From: Trichosphaerium sp. ATCC 40318
Taxonomy: Eukaryota > Protista > Tubulinea
Assembly: GCA_038496445.1 (NCBI GenBank)
Contig: JALMLS010000320.1
Location: 62,001-126,000 of the forward strand
Length of the DNA: 64,000 nucleotides
Direction of reading: 5' to 3'
Both the position numbers and the translations under genes were made by a program. Below, piece after piece: positions 25,845 to 39,246 of this stretch (the first letter of the stretch is position 1; each line of letters starts with the position of its first letter). The notes beneath the pieces are model-generated. The model made no database searches and was not told where the DNA came from. It saw only the letters and a program-made list of their open reading frames with translations.

Positions 25845-28800
25845 TTAACTACCACGTGGATGGTATGAGTAAGAAAGTTGATAAAGCTTATTTTCATCAT
25901 GTGCTGCTCTAGAAAATACATGGTTTTTAAATTCAGGCACTTCAGTGAGATGGTATGGGATTTTCTACAAAAAAATAAATAAGTAAACAAAATCACCATA
26001 TAACAATCACTATGAGTATAAAAAAAGATCACTCGCTTTCAAACAAACAAGGCAATTGCCTTTCAATCCAACAAGGCAATCCGCAAGGCAAGCGCTTTTT
26101 TTTTCTGTTTTCAATGTCGTGACATGAAGAACGAACCTGAAATTTGCTCAAATCTTGAATAGCACGAGCAAGTTGTCGGCGCTTATCAAAATTAATAAGA
26201 TCCGAGTGATCTCCTTCTTTTACATAATCCTTATTACCTTCATCAATGAAGATTAAGTCTTGCAAGTACACAACTATAAAAAAAAAGACACAAGTCAGTA
26301 CAAACAAAATCAAAAAAAAAAAAAAAAGAGTTCAACGTTTGACGTACCCAAAAATGGAACACAAGGTGGTTTGAGTTTTAGTAAATGTTGTCTAAGTTTA
26401 TTATAACTACCCTCTGACGTAGTCATTGTAATTAACCTATCATAAATACCCTTGATTTTTTTATCAAGCATCTAAAAGACAAACGTTATTCTCTGAACAA
26501 AAAAAAAAATCATCAAAAAAGAAACGTACTCCCCAAGCTTTCAAGCGCCCTACAGCGCCCATATTCAATGCAGCGAAAATTTCCATAATACCATTGACAT
26601 TATTCAATTTATGACATTGCTATAGAAAGAATGTTAAACACGAGAAAAAAACAAGAAAAATAGCTATCTAGTGTACCTCTGCAATTAAAATAAACTTCTC
26701 AATCTTTCTTACTCTTTTCTTCTGTTTATCTTCATTCAAAATCTGCGTTGATACCCACGCAGACATTCTATTAAAATGCTCTGTACAGCTAACTATATTT
26801 GGAGCATTTTCTTCACGTGTTTTCATGTCAGTCCATGCTTGTCCCAAACACTAAGATAAAACAACAAATAAGCCAACATAATCCCTCACAAAAGTTACTA
26901 AAAAGACGCACCTCAAAAGGCTGGATTTGCTTGTAAAGACCATACTCTATGATGGTCATCTGACGAGCAATCTAAACAATTATGAGGGTTTGTTCAATAG
27001 TATAGTACAATCGTACTTCTGTAGCATCAAGGTCAGAAAGAGTAATTGTTGACCAATCAGATACTTTCTTTGGAAGAATAGGCTTTGGTGCAGCTGTATT
27101 GTGTACCACAATACGTTCATCTTGCGGCCCTTTATTAAGTTCATCAATGAGCTTGTGTAGTGTCCTCTCTACAGAAGGGACATGATTGGCCTAACAGAGT
27201 AAGAATCCAAAAACACTGCATCAAAGATAAATAAACTAAGCTTATTTACCGTAGCCAAAGTGTGTATGACTGCATTCGCTTTAGATGGGTTATCTAAGAA
27301 ATCTTGAACCCAAAAATCGTTAATCCACTTGCGTAATAACGCATACGTCCTGAGAAAATGAATGTCAATGAAAAATAAATGTAAACCAAAAATGTAAATA
27401 TTGCTTTTCTCCAAAAAAGGCTTTGAAGCCTAAATACACCCGTGCGTTTTCAATATATTGCTGCTACCACAGCTGCATTCGTACAGTACGCACAAAAAAA
27501 AAAGCAAAATGAATACAGCACCTTACGTTCCCTGGTCCTCACGGACCCAAGTACTGGCAGGGCCATACCATGATTATCTTCGCGGTTCGGAAAGAGACAC
27601 GGAGTTTTCATGGTTGTATGGCCGTATCCATGAGTAGAAAGCAAAAGTTTCGTAGTGGTTGGGTCAAAAATATTTGTTTTTTACGGAAATGGACAATCAA
27701 ATTGACATTGCTTTGTACAGCACAAAGTAACAAAATACAAAACAAAAAATAATATCTCAAATAACGAACCTAACATGTATTACTTGAAGCTGCTTTAAAG
27801 CAGTTTCTGGCGATCCTCAGGTTGTACACGTAATCTAAAAAAAAAGGTAAAAACCAAGAACAAAAAGCTTACAAAACAAAGTACCTATCATCTAACATGC
27901 GAAGCAAATCCTCAGGTGTACAAAAAGAGCGATATGTCAACAAGAAAACATACAACATATTTTGCTCTAATGAAGGAAAGTCAATAATCTATTACCAACG
28001 CACGTGGTAGGTTTTTTTTTCTTTCCCTTTTTTTTTTTAACGCTGAAAACAAAATGCAAACAGTCTTTAAACGTACCGTGACGCTCAGGCGAAGTTATTT
28101 CAGCAATGACACTCTCAAGAGTAGCACCCAAAATTATTTCTTTACCATTTGCATCTTTATCATAGGTAATCATGGTCTCAGCGTGACTTCTCGGTGGAAG
28201 TGGTGGAGGATAGGTTGGAGGCAGTTCATCCTTTGAAAGAATAGGTATTGAAGACCTTGGGTTCGTTGTGTGGTACATGGCTATAAAGCAAGCAAAAGTT
28301 AATAAAAAAAACTGAAAAAAAATACATACCTCCTGGGACAGGTCTTGTTAACCGCCTAGGACCTTGGCCAGGAGGTCTTGAACTTTTCCTTCGTGGATTA
28401 TTAGAGGCACTCTTTCTCACTAAAACACGTTAAGAGTCAAAAAGTAGAAAATACGCTTGGTGCAAGTGAAGAAAAAGACCTACTTTTGCCTTCACTTTCT
28501 GGACCAGATTTGAGTTTTCTATGTTTTGACTTAGCTCTCTTTCCCGAACCTGTCACATTAACTGACTCGAAGTTACGCCTAAACAACGCAATTATTATTA
28601 AATACAAACCACAGACATCAGTAATTAAAAAAAAACGTACAAAGGGCTTCGTTGTGGACCAAGTGCAGAGTTAGAAGGATTTCGTGGTACACCACCACTA
28701 CTAGTAGTATTTGTACGGCGTACAGGCTCACCACCGCTACTAGATCCAATACTACCATTGTAACTACTAGCAGGTGATTCTACTTTATCGCCACCAGAGA

Positions 28801-30067
28801 ATGTACGACGATACTGTTTATAGTTCTTTGTAAAAAGAGTTAAAAAACAATTATTTAAGACACATACCTTAACTTTCTCCGCACGAGATAAAGTCTCTGA
28901 TGAAGGCGTTTCTCTTTCACGTGGATCTCCTGTATTTGACATACTCCTAGAACTCTTACTTTTTGGTATTCTCCTGGCACTATTAGGGTCTAAAGCAGTG
29001 CTCATTTGGCTGATTTCATTCAACATTTGATCATCAGCACCAGTGTTGTAAGGATTCTCATAATTAGAGCGCCGAAGGTCTTCAATTTCACCACACTTCA
29101 TACTTAATTCTGCTTGAAGACTAGCTTTCTCAGCTGTAAGAGATTGATTTCTGTTTGAAAAAAAAAAGACGTAAGTACATTAAACAAAAGAATGACACAA
29201 AACTTCCAGAAAACGGTAAATTAGGAAAGAAAAAATAATTACAGCTTCGCTCAAAGTGCTATCTATAGCTACCTACCTTTCTTTTAATTGTCTTGCAATG
29301 ACAATCATTTGACCATATTTTGTTTGTAGAGCAGTAAGCTGCTCTTGTAAAGTACGCTCATTGACCATATTTTGGCCCAACTGACCACCAACTCTATGAC
29401 CGTTCATTGTCATAACTTTCTCTTCAAGCTGGAACCTCTTTTCTTTTTCTCCAGCCAATTGAGCGAGTAACTACCAAAAACCCAATGTAATTAGAAACAA
29501 ACACTGCGAATAGAATATTGCTTTGGTTGTGAGTGTATACCTGATTATTTTGGTTCCGCAAGTCGTTTGCTGTTTGCTGTAGCTCTTGTATATTACCAGG
29601 ATGCACAATAGTGACACCTGTTGTATTTTGTGTACTACTTGCCCTCTATACAGTGTTACGTCATTGTACAGGTATTTTTCAACAATATCCGAATAAATCT
29701 TCGTTTCTACCCTCCCTACGCACCTTGGCTTCTCTCAATTCTAGTCTTAAGCTCTCCACGGTTGTTGACATTTGCTGCTTAGCAGTAAGAGCCTATGGAG
29801 CATTAAAATTGGATTGTTTGCCGCAATTGGTTATTACGTTAAAATGAAACTTACTTTTTCTAGGTCTGTACGCAAGTCGATTTTCTCTCTCTCTGCATGC
29901 TGTTTGTATTGTCCAACTAGTAACGAGACTTGTTGCACTTTTCCTTTTAATTGCTTATTGGCCTGTGCCAGCAAGTGTATTTTCTGCCTGAGTTTCTCAT
30001 TCTCCTGTTGTGTGGTGTAAGATTGGTAGCGCCACATAATTCCTAAACTTGCCTCTTCGATGTCCAT
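25845..30067 (-). CDS. RasGEF (N-terminal coiled coil, REM and CDC25 domains)
   Basis: ILGATLESVI, FLLTYRSFCTPEDLL (REM), IARQMTIIEY, PPCVPFL, YLQDLIFIDEGNKD, LINFDKRRQLA. One exon carries an apparent 1-nt frameshift (see findings). Confidence 0.9.
27494..27509 (-). terminator. RNA polymerase III oligo-T terminator of the 5S gene
   Basis: TTTTGCTTTTTTTTTT immediately after the 5S 3' end on the minus strand. Confidence 0.7.
27511..27629 (-). rRNA. 5S rRNA gene (119 nt) inside a RasGEF intron
   Basis: Minus strand reads GGATACGGCCATACAACCATGAAAACTCCG...CCGAACCGCGAAG...GGCCCTGCCAGTACTTGGGTCCGTGAGGACCAGGGAACGTAAGGTGCTGTATTC. It has the canonical 5S ends (helix I GGATACGGC/GCTGTATTC), CCGAAC loop, AGTAC loop E, GTGA tetraloop and GGGAA, and is followed by an oligo-T tract. 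Confidence 0.9.
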
Positions 30068-30747
30068 TTTTATTAACCAAGTGTTCTAAGTACAAGCTAG
30101 GTAGTGTTAGGCCAATGTTTAACAAGATTAAAAGTAAAATGAAAGTTATTTGAGGAGAACAGCAATTAGACTGGATAAATAAGCTACCAAGCGCGTTACT
30201 GTCCAACAGGAGTTTTTTAGCTTCGAAAAAATAACGCAGGTTAGCGAGAAGAGCTGATCTGCTGTAGAGACGTTTTACTGAATAAATTAAAGCAAAGAGC
30301 ACATAACGGAATACTAAAAGCGGGTTTACAACAAACACAAAAAGATCAGCTGAATACAATAGATACAAGGTGTATGTGCGTAAAACTACTACAAACGAGC
30401 GTTGTACGCACAACCCTTTTGATTCAGAGTGTAAAGAAACTCCTCGTTGATAGTTTTATGGCACATACCATAAATAGTTTGCGCAAAGTGTGGTGCTACC
30501 TCAAAAGCAAGTGAATACGTTTGATTCTTTTTTGGCTTAACAACTTGACAAGTTTTCGCTAGCTGCAAAACGTACAACACATTCTGGGCTACGGCTTTAA
30601 CATATGACGCTTGGGTTAGCCTAGATGCTATTTGAGTTGTTTATGAGAATTATCGTTACACTCGCGATTGATGTGATAAAGCAAGACTTCAACGTTGACA
30701 TGTAATGTTAAGCCATTGAGCGTACAGATTATAATAACCCTACAATC

Positions 30748-31685
30748 ATGACAGAGCTACCATTAAAGGAACTGATAGGTGGTGGGGCGATGGTTTGTGG
30801 CACGCTGGAAATTAATCAATACGTAAACTAACGCCAGCAGGATTTGCGTTAATGGTGGTACCATTCCGTGAAGTTATGAGTGTCACAAGCCCAGAGAACA
30901 AAGAAGCACCTACTGTAGTTGCCACAACGTATATTGGTACGAAAATCAATACCCAGGCGTATAGTGATGGAGTTTTATAGCTTTGCTTGTCAATTACGTG
31001 TTATGGTCGCTTTTTGGTATTGCTCACCCTGATATGCTTGTATTGGGTCAAAACGGTATTGGCGCGTGCCTCAGCATCTTTTACTTGTATCGTTTGTACA
31101 CAAAGGACGCATTTTCAAAACAGCAACAGGTAAAATGTCATGACATGTTTAACATAAAATAAAATGAGTACAGGGCCAAGTACAGACGGCAGTTGGAACA
31201 TTTGTGATAATGATTGGCTTGTGTATGTATTTCTTGTGGCAAGGCGTTATGTCTAAGGAATGGCTTGGATGGATAGCTGTTGTAGCATCAGTCATTTTAT
31301 TCGCTTCACCTCTTGTGACTCTGGTACGTCTGATTAACATATTTTTTTTTTTTTGACAGAATTCTTGTAGAGCGAGATTATCCGAACCAAGTCTACAAAA
31401 ACCTTATCACTCCCTTTCTCATTGATTGCATGGATGATGAGTGTATTATGGCTCACATACGGTACGAAACAAAACGTGACATTTGAGTAGAAATAACGGT
31501 TTTACAATTTACAAGTTTTTTTTTGTTTTTTGACTTCTTTTTTGTTTTTAGGTTTCATGAGTGGTTCTGCACCAATTGTTGTACCTAACGTAATAGGTGC
31601 ATTATTCTGTTCAGTCCAACTAATATTGTTTCTTGTATACCCAAACCAAGATACAATACCAGCAACAGGTGGACCTATTGTGTAG
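30748..31685 (+). CDS. SWEET (MtN3/saliva) sugar transporter
   Basis: LFASPLVTLSEIIRTKSTKTLSLPFS...LWLTYG...IVVPNVIG...VQLILFLVY (second MtN3 repeat); first repeat has LLVNYVLWSLFG...QNGIG. Confidence 0.9.
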
Positions 31686-31732
31686 TTTTCTTGAAACAAT
31701 AAAAAAATGACATTTTGGTTTTTTTGCCCAAG

Positions 31733-32314
31733 TCAATACTCCGTTTTTATCGGTTTTTTGATATTATCTGTTGCTGACCAAATACCTTCCATTTTGACTT
31801 CGTTTGTGATCTTGTTTAGTACTGTATCAATGTTTTTGCCTATTTGTTTTCGTTTTGCGTCGTTTTGTAACGATGCTTGATTACATTCCGCCTGAAGTGA
31901 TGCAAACGACTATAGAGGCGTCAAAAAAACCAATTGGAATGTCGTATCAAGAAACAGTTAAAGTTATTACCTTTTTAGCGTCCCGCTCGGTTAGGTGCTG
32001 AAGGGATGTTTTAGAAAGCTCTGATTCCAGCTCATTTATTTTTTCTGTGATTTTGTCGTACGTTTCTACAAATATTGAGTTATCTCGGCTAATTACGCAT
32101 GGGGTTAAACATACCTTTCATTTCTGACGGTGGAAAAGATTCATCAAGCGAGTTAGATCTAAACGCCTTGAATTAGTACAAAACCACCTGCTATGTATCC
32201 TAGTACTTATTTTAAACCTCATGCGTACATTTTAACAACGTATTGTTTGCTTAACTGTTCAATTTCTGTCAGGAGCGTTGTCAGTTTTCCTGTGGTTGTG
32301 TTTGGCGCTGCCAT
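31733..32314 (-). CDS. Hypothetical small coiled-coil protein
   Basis: Four GT-AG-joined exons: MAAPNTTTGKLTTLLTEIEQL...TEKINELESEL...KKPIKTEY*. It may extend upstream to an ATG at 32624. Confidence 0.45.
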
Positions 32315-32907
32315 ACCTGCATAAACACTTTTGCTGTAAGTAGACTTTGATAGGCAAATACGTCAAACAATTTATGCAATATTTTGTCAGCCTTTGTTGT
32401 CGTTGCATCTGTAAACCACTTCACCAAAAGAGCATTAATAGTGACAGATCTAAACAATTTCTTTAGACTGGGTGTTCGATGCCTTGCTATCTGACACGTT
32501 GCAATAGCACTACAAGAAAGATAGTTCGTTCAGTTGTTTGTAAGACAACACCAGGTTTTACATAACGTACCTGTGACATCGCTAGTCCTAACACAAAACA
32601 AATAGTAAAAGATGTTGCTTCCATAGTGTTGACGGAAAAAAGAACGAGCACGTGTCAAACTAGGTCTATGATTTCGATGATTGATTGCGAAACGACACTT
32701 TTTGAAAAAAACCTACGGGTGCTTCTCTGAGGTCTCATAGAAGGCAGTACGGGGTGTATTGCATTGCCCATAATTTTTTTCCAAGCAAGGATTGTCAGTT
32801 TATAAACTTGATTTTGGTTGTGACTTACAACACAGGATAGATAGTTTACAAAATAACAGTTGATCGAAAACGTCAAATCGAAACCAGCTGTTGCATGTTA
32901 TACGAAA

Positions 32908-34856
32908 ATGATTGACAAACCATCTCTATCCTGTAGTAGGGAAAGCGTGATAACGAGATGATAGTTGCGCCAGCTTACGACAGCCGCTCGGTCTGGACAC
33001 TCGGGTAGTCAATTGCAGGGAGGCTTAGAAACGCCACACCACAAGTTAGCTCCTTGATGGAACGAAATACACGAGATTTCCTTCCGGTGTGGTAATCCTG
33101 CTTAACCTTTTTGTTCTTTATGGTTCAAAAATATAAACAGCTAACATATGCGAGTTCCCCATATGCTAAACCCGCCACCCAACCCGGTGCTATATCCGCC
33201 ACTCAGCCTAATATGCAATATCCAAAAGTTGACCAGAATCAAAGTTAATTGAAGTTTGGTGCTAACAAGAAGTCTCTAATTTAGTCATGTTGGAGACTAC
33301 CAAGAATTTAGGTGCATTGTAGTTCTTTTAGAGTTGGTAATTGGACTGAAAATATTTGATCCGTTTTTAGTAGTAGGGTGTGACACAAATCAGTGAATAC
33401 GTTGCTTTCACTAGAAAATGACTGTTTTTGGTTCAACAGCAGTCAAAAGCGTTTCTTCATTGTATAGTACTATATATCGCTGTTTTTTCCCCTTGCTTTG
33501 CCTATTACACATAAATGGAGTCTTTTCAATACGCTCAACTATCAAGTGATAAATGTGACATAAAATACACTAAGCTAGATCAAGAAAGCGAACTTACGCG
33601 TGCGTATGCAATAACAATGGAAAGAAATCGCTAATTCTCCATTTTTTTGTTAGCGCGTAGCAAGTCCGGTAAATGGTCATGTTCATGGGATACATGCACA
33701 AATTCAAAGCATTTTATGTTTGCAAGAAAACCAAAAAAAGAAAACACATCCTGTTTGGGGTAAAGACTTTGTATTTTTTTTTAACTTTTTCAAAGCTGTA
33801 TCCGTGACACTTTATCAAGGGTTGTTCGGTTTCAAGTTGGCCGTTTTTGGGAATGTAAGGCAATGCAAGTTCTGTTACTTGTATTTCTAATACTGGATGT
33901 TGTTATCATTATTGGTGAGATAACTGTAGAGCAGTTTAAGCATGGTGTTCCAAAGATTAAACATGATGCAGACTTTCATTCTTTTAACATATCAGAAGTA
34001 TGCTCTGTAGGATTTAATATCACGACTCTGGAGAACTCTTACACTGCCAACACCACGGTATCTCAACGAAACAACAGTTTCTTCATCTTCAGCAGTGAAG
34101 AAGCGATTTTAGAAGTTGTAGAAGTACGCTATGTATTTTTTTTATCACGTGCACATACTGGTACTTGTGCTTTTTGAAAGTTCTGCAATGTATAAAAAGA
34201 GCGAAAGATATATCCAAAGACCTATTCTTTATGTTAATTAAAAATGCTAGGCCACAAAGCTCAAGTTTGTTGATGAAAGACTTCACATTTTAGAAATGAT
34301 ACTTGGAACATCATCTAAAGTTATACTCTTCATTTTCGAGGTTAGTCCAGGAACTTGTAAATTCATGACTAAATTAACAAAAATGTGTAGCTAGAGCTGA
34401 TCTCTTTGATGTTCGCTTTTGGACTTGATTTTTTTGTAAAGGCAATTTATGTCATTGACTTTATCATAGTCACACTCTCTATTATATTCAGTGTATTTAT
34501 ATCATCCTCCATTGGAGCTGTACTTGTTTTATTCAGGCTATGGAGGTTTATACGTATTGTGCATGCTGTCTATGCCACCGCTGATGAAAAACGTGAAAAG
34601 CAAAAGGTACCGCAAAACTTTGTTTGAAAAAAGTTTGATGATTTGTTTTTTATAGAAGCACTTTAAGAAGAAATTAAAAGATTCCACTGAACATTTAGAA
34701 GCATTAAAAAGTGCACAAAGAGAAATAGAAGAACAGGCTTTATATATTATAGAGGATTGTAAGCGTAAAAAGGAAGAGTTAGAAGAATTGAAACAAGTGC
34801 TAGAAAAGCAAAAAACAGAGCTGGAACAAACTAAAACAAAGATTGATAATCGATGA
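32908..34856 (+). CDS. HVCN1: Voltage-gated proton channel Hv1-like
   Basis: S1 LLVFLILDVVII (selectivity Asp), S3 VIDFIIV, S4 signature RLWRFIRIVH, C-terminal coiled coil, no pore domain. 5' exons uncertain. Confidence 0.85.
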
Positions 34857-35129
34857 ATAAATAGTATAGGTAAATATCAAGCTTGAAGTACTCGCCTTTG
34901 CTGCATATGCTTATCATAATTCATGGCAACATGTTGTTGTAAACATTGTATGTATCACATGACCTTCCAAAACTTGGTATCTTGATAGAGCAGCTTGTTC
35001 ATACTTTCACCTAGCTAGAGTTGGGCGTTTAGAGGCTGTAGCCTTAACCTATAAAGCTGTTGAGGCCAAGTCGGAACTGGATCACCTTCTCATACTAATG
35101 TCATTTGCAAGGATTTTTTTATTTTGTAT

Positions 35130-36894
35130 TCAGCACCACCCTTGTACAGCGTAACTGCAAGACTTGTTTTCAGGCCAATGCAAATTATCTTTCACTCGAT
35201 ATTTGTTCTTGGAGTTACGTTCATACCAACTTGAAAAAGTATCATACAATGTTTGTCCTTGAACTTTTACTTGTCTCCAATTCGCATTGATGCAGTGCGT
35301 ATGTATCATACATGCATCCGAAAATGCGCCATTTAAGTTATTACTAGAGTAAACGATAGTATCCAGTGCTGAAAAAAGAAAGAGAGATTAGTTACTAAAA
35401 AGAATTCTTTGAAAAGCTAATAATAAAATCAAGAAAAGAACTGTTCGTTAGAACACATCATTTGTCAATCTTGTTTCTTTTTCGTCTTTTTTTGCAAACG
35501 TGATAATGGATACCTTTCACTAACTCATCACTGTAAGACTGAACCCATCCTAGCTCAGTTTTGTTACAATCTCCCGCTTCTGGATGACATTTCAAACCAA
35601 GTATGAGGTCCAAGCTTTATACAATTTAATTAGTTGTTTCTATCGGTATAAAAGACGACCAACCTTGCTGTATCGTACTGAGCTTCTATAACAAAAAGTG
35701 GTGTTTGTATGTGAGGGTATACATAAGGGGTGAAAAAGCACATCCAAGCCTACAATTCGGATTACAAGAATAACAGTGTTGGACTTATTTTGTTTAAGTG
35801 CGTCCTTAAGTTAGCACTTACATGATCAGAATCCTTTGATGCCACACATGCAGAATTAGGACTAGTAGCGTTCCACAGAGGGATTGCTTTCTGAAATTCG
35901 CCTCTGAAAAAGTACTTACCTGTATACAATCACAAAATTAGGACAACAATCAATTACAATTGTTTTTTGCTCAACAGTTCTACCATTTGTATCCTTAGCG
36001 TCCAGGAAGAATCCTGCATCAGGAGCACCTCTGAGGTTTACCGAACTTGGTAATAAATTTCGAAGATAGTCCATGTGAAGATATGCGCCTAGGCCTCCAG
36101 CGCTTGACCTTTTTTGAAATAAGTATAATTTTTGTATTTGATAATTCTACAAACCCAGATAAAATCACTGATTCTGCTCTATCCATTCCGCTATCTTTGA
36201 GGTGTTGTATTGTCTCGTCGAACACCCTTTTCCCTCTGTAGTATACAGCTGTACCTTTTACAGAGTAAGCACAATAAACAACGTATCACTGGGTACCATT
36301 GAACAAGACTGGGTCATCTCTATTTCCTGTCCACGAGGAACCGTCGCAGTACATAACATAAGCTAAGTTCCAATTGTGGAAACGTGGATTTGCAGTGGCA
36401 TTTGAACTCATAGCACCACCATGGGCAAGAGGTTTTCCAGTCGGATCTAAGGGTATATCTGTCCACTCTACAACAAAACTGTCAACAAATCTAAAAAAGA
36501 AACAAACTTATAACCGGTTTAATTCTGCGCACGTGATAGAGCACGTACCTTTACTAGATCCAATCCTAGTTTTAGATCTGTAGTAGCAACCCTCACTGTC
36601 ATAACACCAACCTCCACCCTAATCGTTGTAGAAATCTTAAAATAGCGACAAGAGTACCTGTAGATGGATAAACCACGAGTTTGCGCCTGAACCAAAACCT
36701 TTTCGCAAGTAATATCTAAAAACCGCTGTTATACACTGCCTCAACCACTATAGGACAAACCCAGCAGGAGAACCATCGAGACATACAGCTCCTTTTTCTA
36801 CAGCTGCTTTTTCGAGCATAACACGTGTCCATGTATCAGTCGAAACTAAACCGTAACATAGAACGAAAAACAAAGCTATCTTCGTAAGTTGCAT
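35130..36894 (-). CDS. Secreted pectin acetylesterase/Notum family hydrolase
   Basis: Signal peptide, GAVCLDGSPAG, GGWCY, YVMYCDGSSWTG, catalytic ILSGSSAGGL (spliced), DAGFFLD. Confidence 0.9.
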
Positions 36895-37221
36895 TGGAAC
36901 CTTCGAAAGAAAATAACAATAAGCACATCGCTTATGTCACTCACGTGTTTAAGTATTGTTTAATGGCTGCTGCTGTTGTACCAGTTATTGTATGCCATAC
37001 TTCACTGGCTGTGTAGTTAGACTAGGAGAGTAAGTTTTATATTTTTCAAATTGCCTTTTTTGGCTGTTTCTAAGGAGGTTAATGTCTAGCCAGTAGAGTT
37101 GGTTCAGAGATATTAACCTGATAACCTACTCAGAATTGCTACGGTGAAGATATTCCTAAATGCCGTCGAGCAACTTAACTACATTTAAGCAATATTTAGC
37201 AACAATCAAAAAAGACAAATC

Positions 37222-38100
37222 ATGTCAGACATGGATGAAATTTTACCTAGCAAATTGTATTTAGGATCCAGGTGGGCTATAAATGGATACAGCAAAGGTA
37301 CTATCAGCTAAATAGACGTAATGTAAGTCCTAAATTTTACAGCAAACCTCGAAAGGCATTTAGTAACTCACATACTGTCTGTTTCGCGTATGAATACGCC
37401 TACATGGCAAGGAAAAAGCATTGGAGAATGTTTTAACCACAAAGTGATTAAAATATCTGACGCTTCGTCTGTACCCATCAATACGCACTTTACAGAGGCA
37501 CACGCATTCATAGGTAAGTAAAACAGGAGCAATCGAAGCCATTTTTCGCTATCAGTTGGCAAAATTCACGTAATTGTTTTTTAACGAATTTCTCGATTTT
37601 TAGATGAAGCCATTTCATCTGGTGGCAGAATTCTTGTCCATTGTGATGCCGGTGTATCTCGTAGTGCTACTATCGTTATATCTTATGTTATGAAGACACG
37701 CAAAGATACTCTAAAGGATGCCTATGAATTTGTTAAAAGCAAGAGAGATTGTGTTTCTCCTAATTTCGGTAAGTTCTTTGATTTTTTGAAAGAAAGAAAA
37801 TAATTTTGTTTGGTTGTTAATGTATGGTAGGTTTCTTACGTCAACTTATGGAATTTGAGGCTATGATACTAGATAAGGAAGTAAATAACTCTTTTCTTGT
37901 TGCCCAGTTCCGTAGGAAAAATATTAAAGCATACCAAATGATGACAGGTACGAAGACTATTGTTTTTTAAAGCTTGAATTAATCACTTGTAAACAGGTAA
38001 CAAGACTACATACACCGATGACCAAATAAGCAAAGCTTTAAGAGAATCAGATTATGATGGTTCCAAAACAGAAAAGGCGTTATGGGGAGAGTATAATTGA
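37222..38100 (+). CDS. Dual-specificity protein phosphatase with short C-terminal helical (UBA-like) tail
   Basis: EILPSKLYLGS, ILVHCDAGVSRSATIVISYVM, SPNFGFLRQL. Confidence 0.9.
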
Positions 38101-38349
38101 AGAACATGCAGATTGTAAACTATTATTGCTAGATTATTTTGTAATGCAATGTAATTTCTAAGACCCAGTGACAGCATCTCGGGTATGTCATCAAAAATGT
38201 ACTTCTAAAATTATGCTACCTACACATTCCTTTCTTTGGCGTGCCAGATAACTTTGAGTCTAACAAGCTGATTGTGTAAGTCAAGTTGAGTTATTTATTG
38301 TACAATGTTTGCTCACACCAGAACATATTGGGGATCAGATTCGTTTGAA

Positions 38350-38960
38350 TCACGTGTCAGATTTTTTTGATGTTGCCCTGTATGCTTCTAACCCTTGTGA
38401 AACTCTGAACCAATTCACGCCGTTTGGGATAAAAACACAAGTAACTCCAAGCTTGCTAACTTGACGTATATTCCTCTCTTCGTCGTCAAAGAAAATCATG
38501 TCCTTGTATTCCACACCACTATCCTTTGCTAGCTCTTTAAAGTGATGAAGCTTTGAACCAGATAGATCTGTTCAAACTAACAAAAAAGGTTTTTAGCGAA
38601 AAGCGTTAAAGGATGTCTTACATTCATGTATTTTTTGATGTCTAGCGCTTTTAGCAAGCTCTGGGCAGCCGATGGGTCAGGTGTACGGCTTGCTGCTGCG
38701 ATTTTGACCCCTTTTGCTTGTAGACGCGTCAAAATATCTCTAGCTTCCGGATAAAGCTCCGCTATGCTGCCGTTGTTATCCTTGGCTTTGTGTTTGCCTG
38801 TTTTAACTATTACGCACTTGAATTTAGTCTAAAACGCACCAAAAGGCGTAAAAGGGCCACTGTATTCAACGTAGAGGGGCCATAGAGTATAATCACAATC
38901 AAATACAAATAACGATGGTAAATCCTTTGACAGTAACTGTTCTGGGTCAACTTGTTCCAT
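38350..38960 (-). CDS. MDP1: Magnesium-dependent phosphatase 1 (HAD family)
   Basis: LFVFDCDYTLWP, LYPEARDIL, AAASRTP, GSKLHHF, MIFFDDEERNI. Confidence 0.9.
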
Positions 38961-39246
38961 CCAATAAGCGTCAAAGACTGCGCACTATAAATTTGTGACT
39001 CAAGTTGTTGTACACTTAACACTTCTTTTTTTGAAAAACACGTGTCCAAATGACAGTTCAAACATAGATTCCTACAGTTTTTAAGCATTTACTAGTATCA
39101 GTGTATGCCTAATTGTAAGGTTTAAGTTTTTTTAAGTTCACGTGTTCATGTAGAATTTGAGACGCAATTTAATTTAGTGCCAAAGAAACGTCTTAATTCC
39201 AGTCTTCCGTTTTATGAAAAGAATAATATCTTCCTATCATTGTTCT

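Noticed and set aside
27535-27546. GTCCGTGAGGAC (minus strand), identical to a classic hammerhead ribozyme stem II
   Set aside because: The CTGATGA and GAAA core is absent; the hairpin is part of the 5S rRNA.
29997-30580. Hydrophobic minus-strand ORFs upstream of RasGEF
   Set aside because: Non-ATG or weak starts in AT-rich promoter DNA with no domain features.
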